DNA of 64,000 nt, taken from the NCBI GenBank assembly GCA_027022365.1, contig JALVYU010000026.1, positions 544,001 to 608,000 of the forward strand, in the 5' to 3' direction. This document shows positions 39,791 to 50,371 of the stretch, piece by piece. A model generated the notes under the pieces. It had not been told where the DNA came from. It was given only the letters and a program-made list of their open reading frames with translations, and made no database searches. The first letter of the stretch is position 1. Each line of letters opens with the position of its first letter. This DNA comes from Desulfurococcales archaeon. Lineage in GTDB: Archaea; Thermoproteota; Thermoprotei_A; Sulfolobales; Desulfurococcaceae. Position numbers and translations under genes: made by a program.

Positions 39791-40138
39791 ATCCAGATGA
39801 GACTATCAAATCCTTCAAACACAAAATTCCTATCATTCCATCCAAGTCTGCATTATCACGTTTCCTGCTTGTACCTAAACGCCAATGGGTTAAGGCCTGT
39901 GCCTAATAATTGGCCTATACACATCTAAGTGGATAAATCATTTAATATGTGTAGAGTACATGGCAAGTGTATCCGAGTTCATAGTTGAGAAGGTCATGAA
40001 TAAGATAAATAGATCAAAGTGTGTGAATGCTGAACATGGTGTTTACCCCTTCTAGGTCTCCTAGTAAACCTGTAAAGAAAACAGTAAATCCCAAAGAAAT
40101 CGGACACCGAGGCACCATAATTTAATGCATATAATGGA

Positions 40139-40246
40139 TGGAGCCGGGGGCGGGATTCGAACCCGCGGTAAAGCGGGTGTCCGTGACCCCCTGTGCTAGG
40201 GTCGTGCCCTGCAGCCCGCCGCCTTAGGCCGCTCGGCCACCCCGGC
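40139..40246 (-). tRNA. tRNA-Cys(GCA) with 30-nt intron, encoded CCA
   Basis: GCGGG-CTGCAG^A-CCCGC anticodon arm, U73. Confidence 0.92.
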
Positions 40247-40388
40247 TCCTCCATTAGGAATTGGTTGCTTAGGTAGGTTTATAACGCTATCTCGTGTACC
40301 CATTAGTTTCGGCCGCCTCCCCGGCGATGATCATGTGTAGATTCCAGCTTATCCATATAATCTCGTATTACCATCTCGGTGTCCAGTA

Positions 40389-40571
40389 ATGGTGTTACGT
40401 GTGATCACTTTTAAAGCTGATGAGCGTTTAATTGAGCAACTGGATCTACTCGCCAAAGAAATGGGGATTTCAAGAAGTGAAGTGATAAGACTGGCGATCG
40501 AGAACCTCATCGAGACACGCATGCGTGAAAAGAACGAAATAGAGACGGTCCCTGTAACTATTATATACTGA
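40389..40571 (+). CDS. Ribbon-helix-helix (CopG) protein
   Basis: VITFKAD...LD.LA...GISRSEVIR.AI. Confidence 0.85.
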   Translation: MVLRVITFKADERLIEQLDLLAKEMGISRSEVIRLAIENLIETRMREKNEIETVPVTIIY

Positions 40572-40630
40572 TCCCTACTCGAAGCTTCAATATTTATAAA
40601 CTCCGCCACAAAAATACAGAAAATACGGTT

Positions 40631-40746
40631 GCCGCCGTAGCTCAGCCTGGCAGAGCGCCGGACTCATACGGCGCCAAGAAACCCGAAGTCGCGGGTTCGG
40701 CCAGGGGGAGATCCGGTTGTCCCGGGTTCAAATCCCGGCGGCGGCA
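40631..40746 (+). tRNA. Elongator tRNA-Met(CAT) with 42-nt intron (40669-40710)
   Basis: CCGGA-CTCATA^A-TCCGG anticodon arm. Confidence 0.9.
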
Positions 40747-40825
40747 CCTATCCATAAAATTCCTCCCTCTAAGAAACCACCTACATAATTTAAAACCCGT
40801 GAGAAACCATATTAGATGAAAGGGT

Positions 40826-40900
40826 GGGGCCGTAGTCTAGCTTGGCTAGGATGCGGGGCTTGGGCCCCCGTGATCCGGGGTTCAAATCCCCGCGGCCCCA
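40826..40900 (+). tRNA. tRNA-Pro(TGG)
   Basis: CGGGG-CTTGGGC-CCCCG anticodon arm. Confidence 0.94.
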
Positions 40901-41117
40901 CATAAATTTACTGGAATGACTAGAATAACCTTGGAGCCCTATCTGCTTGTAGATTTTCTCCCCGGCGATATATCTTCTCGCCGTCTTCGGTTTCTTATAC
41001 TTTGTATTATCACTTACAATTAATGTGTTCGTGATTAATATGTCTCTAGATACATTATTCGGTCAAGTATATCAAGTAGAACAATAGGGAAAAAGGCTGG
41101 TAGAGTATAGAAAAGAG

Positions 41118-42326
41118 CTAGACTATGCCTCTCTCTTCGAGATATGCTCTTATCCTTCTAATACCTTCCTCAATACGTTCGGGGGGCTCTGTTACGAATG
41201 TTATTCGGATATAACGATTTGTGCCTGGAATGAATGCTGAGCCCGGCAGGAAGACAACATGCTTATTCAACGCTATATCTTTGGCGAATTCGAAATCGGT
41301 CACGCCTAGCTTTTCTAGATAGTACAATATGTCGGGGAACAAGTACATGCCGGCCCGTGGCTTAATCAATTTGGCTTCTGGAAGATATTTTCTAACGGCC
41401 TCGAACGCCACGTCTCTCCTTCTACGGTACTCCGGGATGACCTGTCTAAGATATAGTTCTTTGTAGTCTTTCTCAAGATATATTATTGCTAGTTTCTGTG
41501 AGATATTCGATGCACTAATGCTTAGATAGCCCTTGACCTTCGCGGCCTGACGAATGAATTCCTCGTTGCCCCATAGGTACCCCAGCCTAAACCCGGGTAT
41601 TGCTAGGTCTTTAGAGAAACTATCGATAGATATTACGGTTTCCTCGGCTCCCGGGTATCTCTGGATCCAAGTATGTTCGCCCTCATAGTATATGTGCTTA
41701 TACGCTTCATCGAAGAATACCCACTTGCTATGATCTACTGCTAAGTCCACTATGAGTTTCCCTATCTCCTCAGAGATGACCCTGCTCGTAGGATTGCCCG
41801 GGCTCTCGAAAAGGACTGCTTTAACCCTGGTTATCTTATCCTTGAGACACTCGGGATCGGGCTGGAATCCATTATTAACGTCCTGCTCACAGTACTCCAC
41901 TCCTATTCCGAGCAGTTTTGTGAGGCCCCAGTAAACACTGTATGTCGGGGCAAGCAACAATACTTTGTCTCCATTGTCCAGTCCTGTTAGGAGCGATACG
42001 GTTATCGCCTCGGCACCACCAATAGTTACAAGCACCTGTTTATCCGGATCGACTGTTATTCCGCTGTATTTCTTTATATCCTCTGCAATAAGATGTCGAA
42101 GCTTCGGGTATCCCTTGCTAGGGGCATAGCTTGAGGTCTGGAAAGGCTTCTCCACTAAGGTTTTCGCTAAGTCTTTAAGTGCCTCGCTGTAAGGTGGGAA
42201 ACCGGGTTGACCTGCATGGAAGCTTATCACATCAATGCCCCTGAGCTTAAGCTCGAGGGCAAGGTCAACAAGTACTCTGTGTGGTGACGTCTCGGTGCTC
42301 GTGACTCTTCTAGATAGACTAGGCAT
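41118..42326 (-). CDS. Class I/II PLP-dependent aminotransferase
   Basis: PGNPT, DEAY, SFSKDLAIPGFRLG. Confidence 0.92.
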   Translation of the reverse strand: MPSLSRRVTSTETSPHRVLVDLALELKLRGIDVISFHAGQPGFPPYSEALKDLAKTLVEKPFQTSSYAPSKGYPKLRHLIAEDIKKYSGITVDPDKQVLVTIGGAEAITVSLLTGLDNGDKVLLLAPTYSVYWGLTKLLGIGVEYCEQDVNNGFQPDPECLKDKITRVKAVLFESPGNPTSRVISEEIGKLIVDLAVDHSKWVFFDEAYKHIYYEGEHTWIQRYPGAEETVISIDSFSKDLAIPGFRLGYLWGNEEFIRQAAKVKGYLSISASNISQKLAIIYLEKDYKELYLRQVIPEYRRRRDVAFEAVRKYLPEAKLIKPRAGMYLFPDILYYLEKLGVTDFEFAKDIALNKHVVFLPGSAFIPGTNRYIRITFVTEPPERIEEGIRRIRAYLEERGIV

Positions 42327-42447
42327 TATTGTCGCCTCCTCATGCTATAACAGGTTTGTAGATTTATTAATTGAATATTTTAATGTTCACGACAGATCAA
42401 GATCATTATACCATGTTGAGTAATAATCAGTGATAGGAGAGATGAAA

Positions 42448-42544
42448 TGGTAGCCGGGCGGGGATTCGAACCCCGGTCACGGGGGTTCCTCCCGCCTGGC
42501 GGCGGACCAAAGCCCCGCATCCTTGACCGCTAGACGACCCGGCT
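42448..42544 (-). tRNA. tRNA-Gln(TTG) with about 21-nt intron, encoded CCA
   Basis: A1-U72 pair, CGGGG-CTTTGG^C-CCCCG anticodon arm. Confidence 0.9.
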
Positions 42545-42731
42545 ATTTCTAGCGCCTCCATAGTCTCTAGATTTTATCCGGGGTTTTTAATTCTTAGCGA
42601 CAGTAAAGAACGATTATGTTTATAAACACAGACGGGAAAATACTTAATATCTTGTTCTTCTGAAGGTTTTTAACGATTATGGAAAGGTTTAAAAAGGCAC
42701 ATAATAAGGTAAGACTAGTTGAACATCCCGG

Positions 42732-43667
42732 GTGATCGTTTTGGAATATTTTCCAGAAGAACCTCCTGCATCCTCCGAGTGTCCGGAGGATAAAATAATA
42801 TATGATCCAGAGCGCGGCGAGTACATCTGTCTGCTTACCGGTGAAGTCATAGAAGAAAGAGTGATCGATGAGAGGCCCGAATGGAGGGCATTTACGCCTG
42901 AGGAGAGGGAAAGGAGAAGCAGGATCGGCGGCCCACTTACAAGCACGGTTCACGACCGAGGCCTAGCCACAGCTATAGACTATACGAACAAGGATGCAAC
43001 AGGCAAGAGGTTAGAATTGTCAAAGAGGCTCAAGATGCAAAAGCTACGTAAGTGGCAGGCAAGATCACGTATTCAAAGTAGTATTGAGAGAAACCTCGCT
43101 CAGGCAATGAATGAGCTGGACAAATTATCTGATCACTTGAATCTGCCTAAGAATGTCAGGGAAGAAGCGGCCAGAATATACCGTAGAGCAGTCGAAAAAG
43201 GACTTGTAAGAGGTAGAAGTATCGAGAGTGTGATCGCTGCCGCGATATATGCGGCCTGCAGGGAATTGAAAGTGCCACGTACACTAGACGAAATAGCCAG
43301 GCATACGAAGAGCAACAGGAAGGATATTGCTAGATGCTATAGATTATTACTTAAAGAACTAGACATAAAGGTTCAAACAAGCGACCCGATAGACTTCGTG
43401 CCAAGAATAGCTCATGCATTGGGGCTAAGCGGTGCAGTGATGAAGAAATCGGCAGAGATCCTACATAAGGCTCGAGAACTCGGTGTTACAGCAGGTAAGG
43501 ATCCTGCGGGCCTAGCCGCGGCCGCGGTATATATTGCCGCGCTCCTCCTCGGGGAGCGTAGAACACAGAAAGAAATAGCTCATGTAGCCGGTGTGACCGA
43601 GGTAACTGTTAGGAATAGATATAAGGAGTTGGCGAAGGAACTAGGTATAGAGCTTCCTTCTCAATAA
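42732..43667 (+). CDS. tfb: Transcription initiation factor B
   Basis: PEWRAF B-reader, two cyclin repeats, [13 protein letters not shown]. Confidence 0.97.
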   Translation: MIVLEYFPEEPPASSECPEDKIIYDPERGEYICLLTGEVIEERVIDERPEWRAFTPEERERRSRIGGPLTSTVHDRGLATAIDYTNKDATGKRLELSKRLKMQKLRKWQARSRIQSSIERNLAQAMNELDKLSDHLNLPKNVREEAARIYRRAVEKGLVRGRSIESVIAAAIYAACRELKVPRTLDEIARHTKSNRKDIARCYRLLLKELDIKVQTSDPIDFVPRIAHALGLSGAVMKKSAEILHKARELGVTAGKDPAGLAAAAVYIAALLLGERRTQKEIAHVAGVTEVTVRNRYKELAKELGIELPSQ

Positions 43668-43705
43668 AAACCATTTTTAGTTTCTCCCTATCTTCTCGCC
43701 AAGAA

Positions 43706-44020
43706 TCAATCTACTATTATCACGTTTTCTGGCGGGTACCCTAGCTCGTCGATGAGTATCTGTTTTACTCTATGGCGATGATCTCCTTGTAGCTCTATTT
43801 TCCCTTCCTTTACTGTTCCGCCCGTCGCAAGCCTTGACTTAAGCTTCTTAGCGAGCTTCTTTAGATTGTCATGACTATCTACTAGCCCCTCGATTATTGT
43901 TACTTCTTTACCGAATTTCCTCCTATCCAGCCTTATCTTGATAACTTGTTGTTCACGTATTAATTGCTCGCATATTTCTGGTGGTAGCCCGCCACAAATT
44001 GAAGATAGATCGGAACTCAT
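43706..44020 (-). CDS. Translation initiation factor aIF1 (SUI1)
   Basis: LKSRLATGGTVKEGKIELQGDHR; start revised to ATG 44020. Confidence 0.93.
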   Translation of the reverse strand: MSSDLSSICGGLPPEICEQLIREQQVIKIRLDRRKFGKEVTIIEGLVDSHDNLKKLAKKLKSRLATGGTVKEGKIELQGDHRHRVKQILIDELGYPPENVIIVD

Positions 44021-44138
44021 CTTCCTTTCCAACCTGAGTATCCTTGTTCCAGACCTAGGTCTTGTATTGAAGGTTTAACCTTATAAAACTTATATGGGTG
44101 TTAACAAGTAGTACCTATACGCAAGGGGTGGTGTATGA

Positions 44139-44282
44139 ATGGTTAGATATAAGTGCGGTCGATGCGGATACGAGTTTGATGAGGAACAACTCCGTCTTCT
44201 CCCTGGAATAAGATGTCCTAATTGTGGATATGAAATAATATATAAAGTTGCAGCAAACTTCAGGTTGGTTAGGGCTATTTAA
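44139..44282 (+). CDS. rpoP: RNA polymerase subunit P (Rpo12) (absent from ORF track)
   Basis: Translates MVRYKCGRCGYEF...LPGIRCPNCGYEIIYKV...VRAI*; GGGGTGG RBS. Confidence 0.9.
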   Translation: MVRYKCGRCGYEFDEEQLRLLPGIRCPNCGYEIIYKVAANFRLVRAI

Positions 44283-44285
44283 TCT

Positions 44286-45161
44286 TTATTCTCGCCTTAA
44301 AATCGTCGTTATTTCTACAAGTAGTTTCGCGGCTAGTAGGCTGGTGATATCGTTTATATCCTCGAGAGGATTCACTTCGACGATATCACCAGCCACTAGT
44401 TTGCCATAGGCATGGATGAGTCTTAATAGCTCAATAGCATTGATAGGATTTAGCCCCATAGGCTCTGGGTTCGAGACGCCGGGCGCGAATCCAGGATCTA
44501 TTCCATCCATATCTATGCTGAGATATATCCTCTTACCTTTTATTATTTCAACAAGTTCTTTTCTTTGGTCTCCATCGTCTCTATCTATGTTGGATGGCGT
44601 GTAAATCTTGATTTTGTCTCTATGTGCTTCAACATATTGATATTCTTCAGGCGATATTGCTCGGGCGCCCACATATATTATTGGTATCTTCGTCTTCTCG
44701 ATTATTCTCCGCATAACTGTAGCGTGACTATACTTGTTGCCGAGGTACTGGTCTCTCTGATCAAGATGAGCATCTATAACAACTATCAGATCTATTCCAT
44801 CACTTATGGATTCTACGATAGGCAGTGTAATCAGGTGCTCTCCACCCAGAACAATGAAGTTCTCGGAATAGTCTTCTCTAACTCCCTTTACAACTTTCTT
44901 TATTCTCGCCAAAGACTCCATCACATCGCCCGGCGGTAGAGCGATGTCCCCTAAGTCATTAAATAATACTAAATCCTCTACAGGTTTCGACATGATCATC
45001 GAGAAAAACTCCAAATTACATATTGCATCTCTAATGCTTTTTGGCCCGAATCTCGTACCCGGCTTATAACTTGTTGTCCAATCCATAGGAGCACCAATTA
45101 TTATGAGGCCTTCATCCCCTTCGTTGCATGGTATTTTTGGATGGCCTGTTAAGAGATGCAT
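44286..45161 (-). CDS. speB: Agmatinase
   Basis: GTRFGP, GGEH, DAHLD, SIDMDGIDP..APGV; start revised to avoid overlap with glyS. Confidence 0.9.
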   Translation of the reverse strand: MHLLTGHPKIPCNEGDEGLIIIGAPMDWTTSYKPGTRFGPKSIRDAICNLEFFSMIMSKPVEDLVLFNDLGDIALPPGDVMESLARIKKVVKGVREDYSENFIVLGGEHLITLPIVESISDGIDLIVVIDAHLDQRDQYLGNKYSHATVMRRIIEKTKIPIIYVGARAISPEEYQYVEAHRDKIKIYTPSNIDRDDGDQRKELVEIIKGKRIYLSIDMDGIDPGFAPGVSNPEPMGLNPINAIELLRLIHAYGKLVAGDIVEVNPLEDINDITSLLAAKLLVEITTILRRE

Positions 45162-45260
45162 CCATGCAACCAAGACATTATCGCCACGCACAAAGCATTT
45201 ATGACCAAGCGCCAAAATATCTAGGACAATACGAGCTGATATATATTTGGGCTGAAAGCA

Positions 45261-47045
45261 ATGACTACTAATAATGATAAGTACGAGATACTCGTTAAGA
45301 TCGCGAAGAAGAGAGGAATATTCTGGCCGGCTTTCGAGATATACGGCGGTGTGGCAGGATTCTACGAGTATGGGCCCGTGGGCGTCCTGATAAAAAGGCG
45401 GATAATTGATGAATGGCTGAGACAAGTCGTTTACGGGCGTGATGGCCTAGTAGTAGAGGTCGATACGCCGATAATAACGCCGCGAATAGTTCTGAAGGCG
45501 AGCGGTCATGAAGACAACTTTACTGATCCAGTTACGGAGTGCTTGAAATGTGGTAGGACGTTCAGAGCAGATCATCTGATCGAGGAGAAGCTCGGGATTA
45601 GCGCTGAAGGGTTGCCCCTAGATAAGATGGCCGAGATAATGCGTCAGAACAATATACGGTGCCCAGTCTGCGGAGGCGAGCTAACTCCGCCCAAACCAGC
45701 TCTCCTGCTTTTCAAGACCGAGATAGGACCGTATAAGGGCTCTCCAGCGTATCTAAGGCCTGAAACAGCCCAGGGGATGTTTGTATCATTTAAGAACGTG
45801 TTCAACTCTATGAGAAACAAGCTTCCCTTAGGTATAGCCCAGGTCGGAAGAGTTGGAAGAAACGAGATATCGCCGAGACAGGGATTGATCAGGCTTAGAG
45901 AATTTACTATCATAGAGCTCGAATTCTTCTTTGACCCGGAAAAACAGGAGGAAGAAGTCAACAAGTACATGGATGAGGAACTGTTGAACGAGAAAATGAA
46001 CATCATAACAGCCGATATGAAGCTCAACAATATCAAAAAACCCAGAGAATATAGCGCCCGGGAACTGATCGAGAAAGGAATAGTTAAGACCCCCTGGATG
46101 GCCTACTGGATGGCCGTTGGAAACAAGTTCTTGAAAAACCTAGGAATACCAGCCGACAGAATACGGTTTGACGAGAAATTACCCGAAGAAAGAGCACATT
46201 ATAGCGAGCAAACATTTGATCAAGAAGTCCTGACCGAAAAATACGGATGGGTCGAAGTAGCCGGATATAGCTATAGAACAACATACGATTTAAGTAGACA
46301 TATAAAGTATTCTGGTGCAGACCTAACGGCTTTCCGCAAATACGATAAACCACGCGAGAAAGAAGTTATCAAGATAAAGCCCAACCCAGTAGAAATAAGA
46401 AAAAGGTTTGCCAATAAATTCTCCGAAATAATGAAAGCACTCGCGTCAATTCCGCAGGAAGAACTTATCAATAAAATAGTTAGGCAAGGATACATAGAAG
46501 TAAACGGTATGAGATTAGACAAAGAACTATTCTTCATAAAGCGTGAAAAGATCAAAGTACACGGTGAAAAATTCGTGCCACATGTTGTCGAGCCATCGTT
46601 TGGCCTCGAAAGAATATTCTACGTAGTGCTCGAGAACTCCCTAAAAATATCGAGTGAGAGAACATACTTAGCCCTAACACCTAGGATAGCACCATACTAT
46701 GTAGCGGTCTTCCCACTAGTAACAGGCTCTAAAGAAGAACACCAGAACATAAAGAATATTGCATGGGCTATCTATCGCGGCCTCTTAAACTCGGGCATCC
46801 CAGCATATTACGATGAAGAAGGTAGTATTGGGAGAAGATATGCGAGAGCCGATGAGATAGGGATACCATACGCTGTGACGGTAGATTACGAAACATTACG
46901 GAACAACACTGTGACAATAAGAGAAAGAGATTCCCGCAAACAAGAAAGGATAGATATCAAAGACATATACGACTATATCACTGGTAAGATAGGATTTAGG
47001 AAAACATGGATAGAATTTCTCGATAAAGAATTAAATAAGGCATAA
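45261..47045 (+). CDS. glyS: Glycine--tRNA ligase (alpha2 type)
   Basis: YLRPETAQG, RNEISPRQGLIRLREF, VEPSFG, SIGRRYARADEIG. Confidence 0.97.
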   Translation: MTTNNDKYEILVKIAKKRGIFWPAFEIYGGVAGFYEYGPVGVLIKRRIIDEWLRQVVYGRDGLVVEVDTPIITPRIVLKASGHEDNFTDPVTECLKCGRTFRADHLIEEKLGISAEGLPLDKMAEIMRQNNIRCPVCGGELTPPKPALLLFKTEIGPYKGSPAYLRPETAQGMFVSFKNVFNSMRNKLPLGIAQVGRVGRNEISPRQGLIRLREFTIIELEFFFDPEKQEEEVNKYMDEELLNEKMNIITADMKLNNIKKPREYSARELIEKGIVKTPWMAYWMAVGNKFLKNLGIPADRIRFDEKLPEERAHYSEQTFDQEVLTEKYGWVEVAGYSYRTTYDLSRHIKYSGADLTAFRKYDKPREKEVIKIKPNPVEIRKRFANKFSEIMKALASIPQEELINKIVRQGYIEVNGMRLDKELFFIKREKIKVHGEKFVPHVVEPSFGLERIFYVVLENSLKISSERTYLALTPRIAPYYVAVFPLVTGSKEEHQNIKNIAWAIYRGLLNSGIPAYYDEEGSIGRRYARADEIGIPYAVTVDYETLRNNTVTIRERDSRKQERIDIKDIYDYITGKIGFRKTWIEFLDKELNKA

Positions 47046-47113
47046 CTTTATCTTAACTTGACTGGCAATCGTTAAAAGGATAATTCTCGAAACACGGCCT
47101 AAAGGGGATATGC

Positions 47114-47503
47114 ATGTCCGAAAAAGAGAAAAACACCCCAGAGCCTACGGGGGCTAAGCCTCAGCAGAAAATTGATATTAAGAAATTGGTTTCAATAGTG
47201 CCGCCTGCAAGCGAGCTGAGGAGGAGACAGAAACTGCTCCGTGAGAAGAGAATTAGGATAAAATATGATGACAACCTGCCAGAAGGCGCTGCAAGGGTTC
47301 CCAAGGAATTAGCTAAGATGCTCGGCATAAATGATGGAGACAAGATCGAGATCGTTGTCGCCGGCAAGAAGAAATTTGTATTCACTGCAACAACAATCGA
47401 CGAGCATGGAACCAACAACGTGTACGTGTATCCTGCCGAGCTAGAGGAAAAAGGAGTAGCCGACAACAGCATAGCAACTCTTAGGAAGTACTCTGGGACA
47501 TAA
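47114..47503 (+). CDS. Hypothetical protein, possible stand-alone double-psi/AbrB-like beta barrel
   Basis: RVP..LA..LGI.DGD.IEI pattern. Confidence 0.55.
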   Translation: MSEKEKNTPEPTGAKPQQKIDIKKLVSIVPPASELRRRQKLLREKRIRIKYDDNLPEGAARVPKELAKMLGINDGDKIEIVVAGKKKFVFTATTIDEHGTNNVYVYPAELEEKGVADNSIATLRKYSGT

Positions 47504-47505
47504 AC

Positions 47506-47901
47506 ATGGTGGATCAATCCCAGATAAATGATTTAATCATAATCCTCAGAGATCTAGTTAAAGATTTCGACAAAATTATAGACCAAGCAAAACTAATAAA
47601 AGGAAAGGTTCTCGGAGGAGATTTTTCGCCCACAATTCATTTAGCCCATAGGGTATCGGTTCTCGTGAAAAAATACAAGGACGCAAGGAAGATACTTGAT
47701 ACTATCAATTTAAGCGATGTAGATGGTCTAAGTGAGAAGTATATACACACGTATCGATTATATCTTGAGACCGTCAGTATACCCTACATACGTGACCTCG
47801 TAATTGAGATCAAAGAAATAATAGATATCAAGAGCGGTGGCCGTGGCAAGTACAGTGAAGTGCTTAAGGATCTTCTTTCAGAAATTAATGGTATTGTTTA
47901 A
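47506..47901 (+). CDS. Hypothetical helical protein
   Basis: 131-aa ORF in operon. Confidence 0.55.
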   Translation: MVDQSQINDLIIILRDLVKDFDKIIDQAKLIKGKVLGGDFSPTIHLAHRVSVLVKKYKDARKILDTINLSDVDGLSEKYIHTYRLYLETVSIPYIRDLVIEIKEIIDIKSGGRGKYSEVLKDLLSEINGIV

Positions 47902-47963
47902 GAAGACGCCCTATACTGTTCCAAGTATACCCACAGACTGATAGCATACCAAACAATCTGTTG

Positions 47964-49574
47964 TTACCTATAACGAGCTATTATTCTGATCACTTTACCC
48001 CATACATATCTAGACGAGATCCCGACTATTTTTACAAGAGCACGCGCTCCATTCATAGATTCTTCAAGCCGATCTCTAATGAAAATTGTTGGACCATGCA
48101 TGACAGGATATCCATACCATTTCATGTTTTCCTTATTAAGAATAAGATAGGCTTCCACAAACTTGTTTAACAAATCCTTTTTCCTAGAATAATTGAATCG
48201 CTGAATACGTCTCTTGATCGCCGCGATTATGTCTCTGTATTTTTCGATCTGCGGCTTTAGGTTTTGGAAGGCCGTCCGAGGTAACGGGGTATATTTGTAA
48301 AGTGTAATTTTTTCAACGCCCGCATCTTCTAGTTTTTTGATAATGGCAAGCGTTTTTCTATATGTTTTAAAGCCTTGATACGGTAATCCGTACATCAAAT
48401 AGACGTAAGGTCTTAGCCCATGGCTCCTCAAAATTCTGCAAGCCAATACTACTCTCACAGGATCAGCGGGTTTTCCTATGAGCTCATTATACTCTTTATC
48501 ACCAGTCTCAAGCCCAATATGAATAGGTGTTCCTTTCAGATATCTTCCAAAGATTCTCGCGACTTTCGCATCGACCAAGCAGGCCTTGATGTTCTCAATG
48601 AAGATCTTTACTTTTCCATGCCTAATCTCTTCTATTTCATGGAGGCGCGATAACAGTTTTTCAATAGCATCATAATTGGGCGGAGGATTACAAGGATCTG
48701 TTAGAGGCTGAGGGTATACCAGTTCCTCTCTCATATAATCAAGGAAATCAGGAGCGCTAAGCACTATTCTTTCAGCACCGTTTGCAATAAGCTCCTCTAC
48801 TTCAGAAACTATAGACTCTATACTTCTTGATCGTGGAGGCCCAAATAGTGCTGGTACGCTGCAAAAACCACAACCGGGAGGGATATTCGCTGGACATTTG
48901 AGCCTCGCATTCAAAGGTCCTTTTACACAGATATTACAGTGGACACACCCAAGAATGTTTAGTCTGGGTCTCATATAATTGCTACATCCTCTAATGGTCT
49001 CAACATATATTCTAAGAAACCATGGCCTATCATATGATAACCATATCTTTGTCCAGGGCCTCAATTTATCGAGTATATCTTTTGGTGTGTGAATGCCCAG
49101 GCTCGTAACCCTGATATAACCCCTATATTTATATGCTAGGGCTGGTATCTTTGCTAGTTCTTCGGGCTCGTTAATAGTCTCTGGTCCTTTCTCTCCGAAA
49201 AGTTTTTGTAACGGTATTTCTCCCTCGCCAATGATTACAAGGTCTGCAAGTCCTTTCTCTAAGATAGTTTTATAATCATAAGAACCCGGGCCACCAACGA
49301 TTATTTTTGCCTGACTATTGTGTCTTTTTATTAGTTCGCGTATTCTCCTTAATGCGCCAATGTCTTGTGACATAATAGAGATAAGCACGATAGGATAGTT
49401 TCTAACCGATTGTTTGTTCTCAAGGAGCTTCTCGTAGCTAAGCAAAAGCACGTTATACCCCAGCGATTCAAGTACCCCTGCCACAACTCTAGGACCTGCC
49501 CCGACTACATCGAATGTGGAGTATCTTCTCCCTCTAAACCTGGCTAGAGCATCAATAACTAAAATGCCTGTCAA
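47964..49574 (-). CDS. B12-binding-domain radical SAM protein with C-terminal TRAM-like domain
   Basis: DVVGAGPR, IVGGP, GEGE, ETIRGCSN...GCGFC, GLETG. Confidence 0.85.
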   Translation of the reverse strand: MTGILVIDALARFRGRRYSTFDVVGAGPRVVAGVLESLGYNVLLLSYEKLLENKQSVRNYPIVLISIMSQDIGALRRIRELIKRHNSQAKIIVGGPGSYDYKTILEKGLADLVIIGEGEIPLQKLFGEKGPETINEPEELAKIPALAYKYRGYIRVTSLGIHTPKDILDKLRPWTKIWLSYDRPWFLRIYVETIRGCSNYMRPRLNILGCVHCNICVKGPLNARLKCPANIPPGCGFCSVPALFGPPRSRSIESIVSEVEELIANGAERIVLSAPDFLDYMREELVYPQPLTDPCNPPPNYDAIEKLLSRLHEIEEIRHGKVKIFIENIKACLVDAKVARIFGRYLKGTPIHIGLETGDKEYNELIGKPADPVRVVLACRILRSHGLRPYVYLMYGLPYQGFKTYRKTLAIIKKLEDAGVEKITLYKYTPLPRTAFQNLKPQIEKYRDIIAAIKRRIQRFNYSRKKDLLNKFVEAYLILNKENMKWYGYPVMHGPTIFIRDRLEESMNGARALVKIVGISSRYVWGKVIRIIARYR

Positions 49575-49640
49575 AACGCTCTCCCGTATTTGTGTCTGGA
49601 TATATCGGTTCTATGGGTATCCCTTATATATCCCTGATAC

Positions 49641-50339
49641 TTGGATAATGTATTAAACGAGGTGTCATCCGTGGCAGAATATAATGCTAACGAGTCATTA
49701 GCGGAAATGCATATACACGAGAGTTTAACCAATTTAGCGAGGCTTGCAAGCGACGTATTCAGGTCATTCAACGAAATAGTCGTTAATATAAGAGAGAACA
49801 CTGATTTTCAGAGACTCTACACTAAGCTGCGAGGCCTCAAGGATAACGTTGAAGATAACAGGATAATGTTCATGGAATACCTAGTAAGACTCGGTGATGC
49901 TGTTACCAATCGTAGTATCTACATAGATTTAGCTCTAAAAATAGATCGTTCATCCCAGTTACTAGATGGTGCCTCATATAGATTAGCACTATATAGAACT
50001 AAAGGACTTAATATTGATGAAGAACTGTTTGGACTGTTAAAAGAGATCGCTGCAGCCCTTATAGCAGAATATGATAGTTTCTGTGACGGCTTATCAAAGC
50101 TGAGAATAGATCCTAAGAAAGCGCTTCAGAAGGTAAAAAGCATCAATGATTTAGAGAGTAAGATCGACGAGCTCTATAGACACACTACATTCACACTATA
50201 CTCCAAGTATGCTGATAACATCGTGGGACTCATGGTTCTGAAAGACGCGGTTGATTTCATGGAGAATACAGCTGATACTATTAAGGAGCTTGGTGAGGAT
50301 CTACGATACCTAGCACTACAGAGAGCATTAATAGCTTAG
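49641..50339 (+). CDS. DUF47/PhoU-like phosphate regulator
   Basis: Helical repeat, LESKIDELYR...ENTAD; start may be GTG 49671. Confidence 0.75.
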   Translation: MDNVLNEVSSVAEYNANESLAEMHIHESLTNLARLASDVFRSFNEIVVNIRENTDFQRLYTKLRGLKDNVEDNRIMFMEYLVRLGDAVTNRSIYIDLALKIDRSSQLLDGASYRLALYRTKGLNIDEELFGLLKEIAAALIAEYDSFCDGLSKLRIDPKKALQKVKSINDLESKIDELYRHTTFTLYSKYADNIVGLMVLKDAVDFMENTADTIKELGEDLRYLALQRALIA

Positions 50340-50371
50340 AAAACATTGAAAACATTAAGTGCAAGGGCTAT

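Noticed and set aside
40139-42544. Integrated element at the tRNA cluster (RHH gene; CTCCCCGGCGAT occurring twice)
   Set aside because: No integrase and no duplicated tRNA end (att) seen
42732-42850. TFB zinc ribbon with only two Cys
   Set aside because: Known feature of crenarchaeal TFB1-type proteins
45162-45425. N-terminal extension of agmatinase
   Set aside because: Overlaps glyS on the opposite strand and has no family similarity
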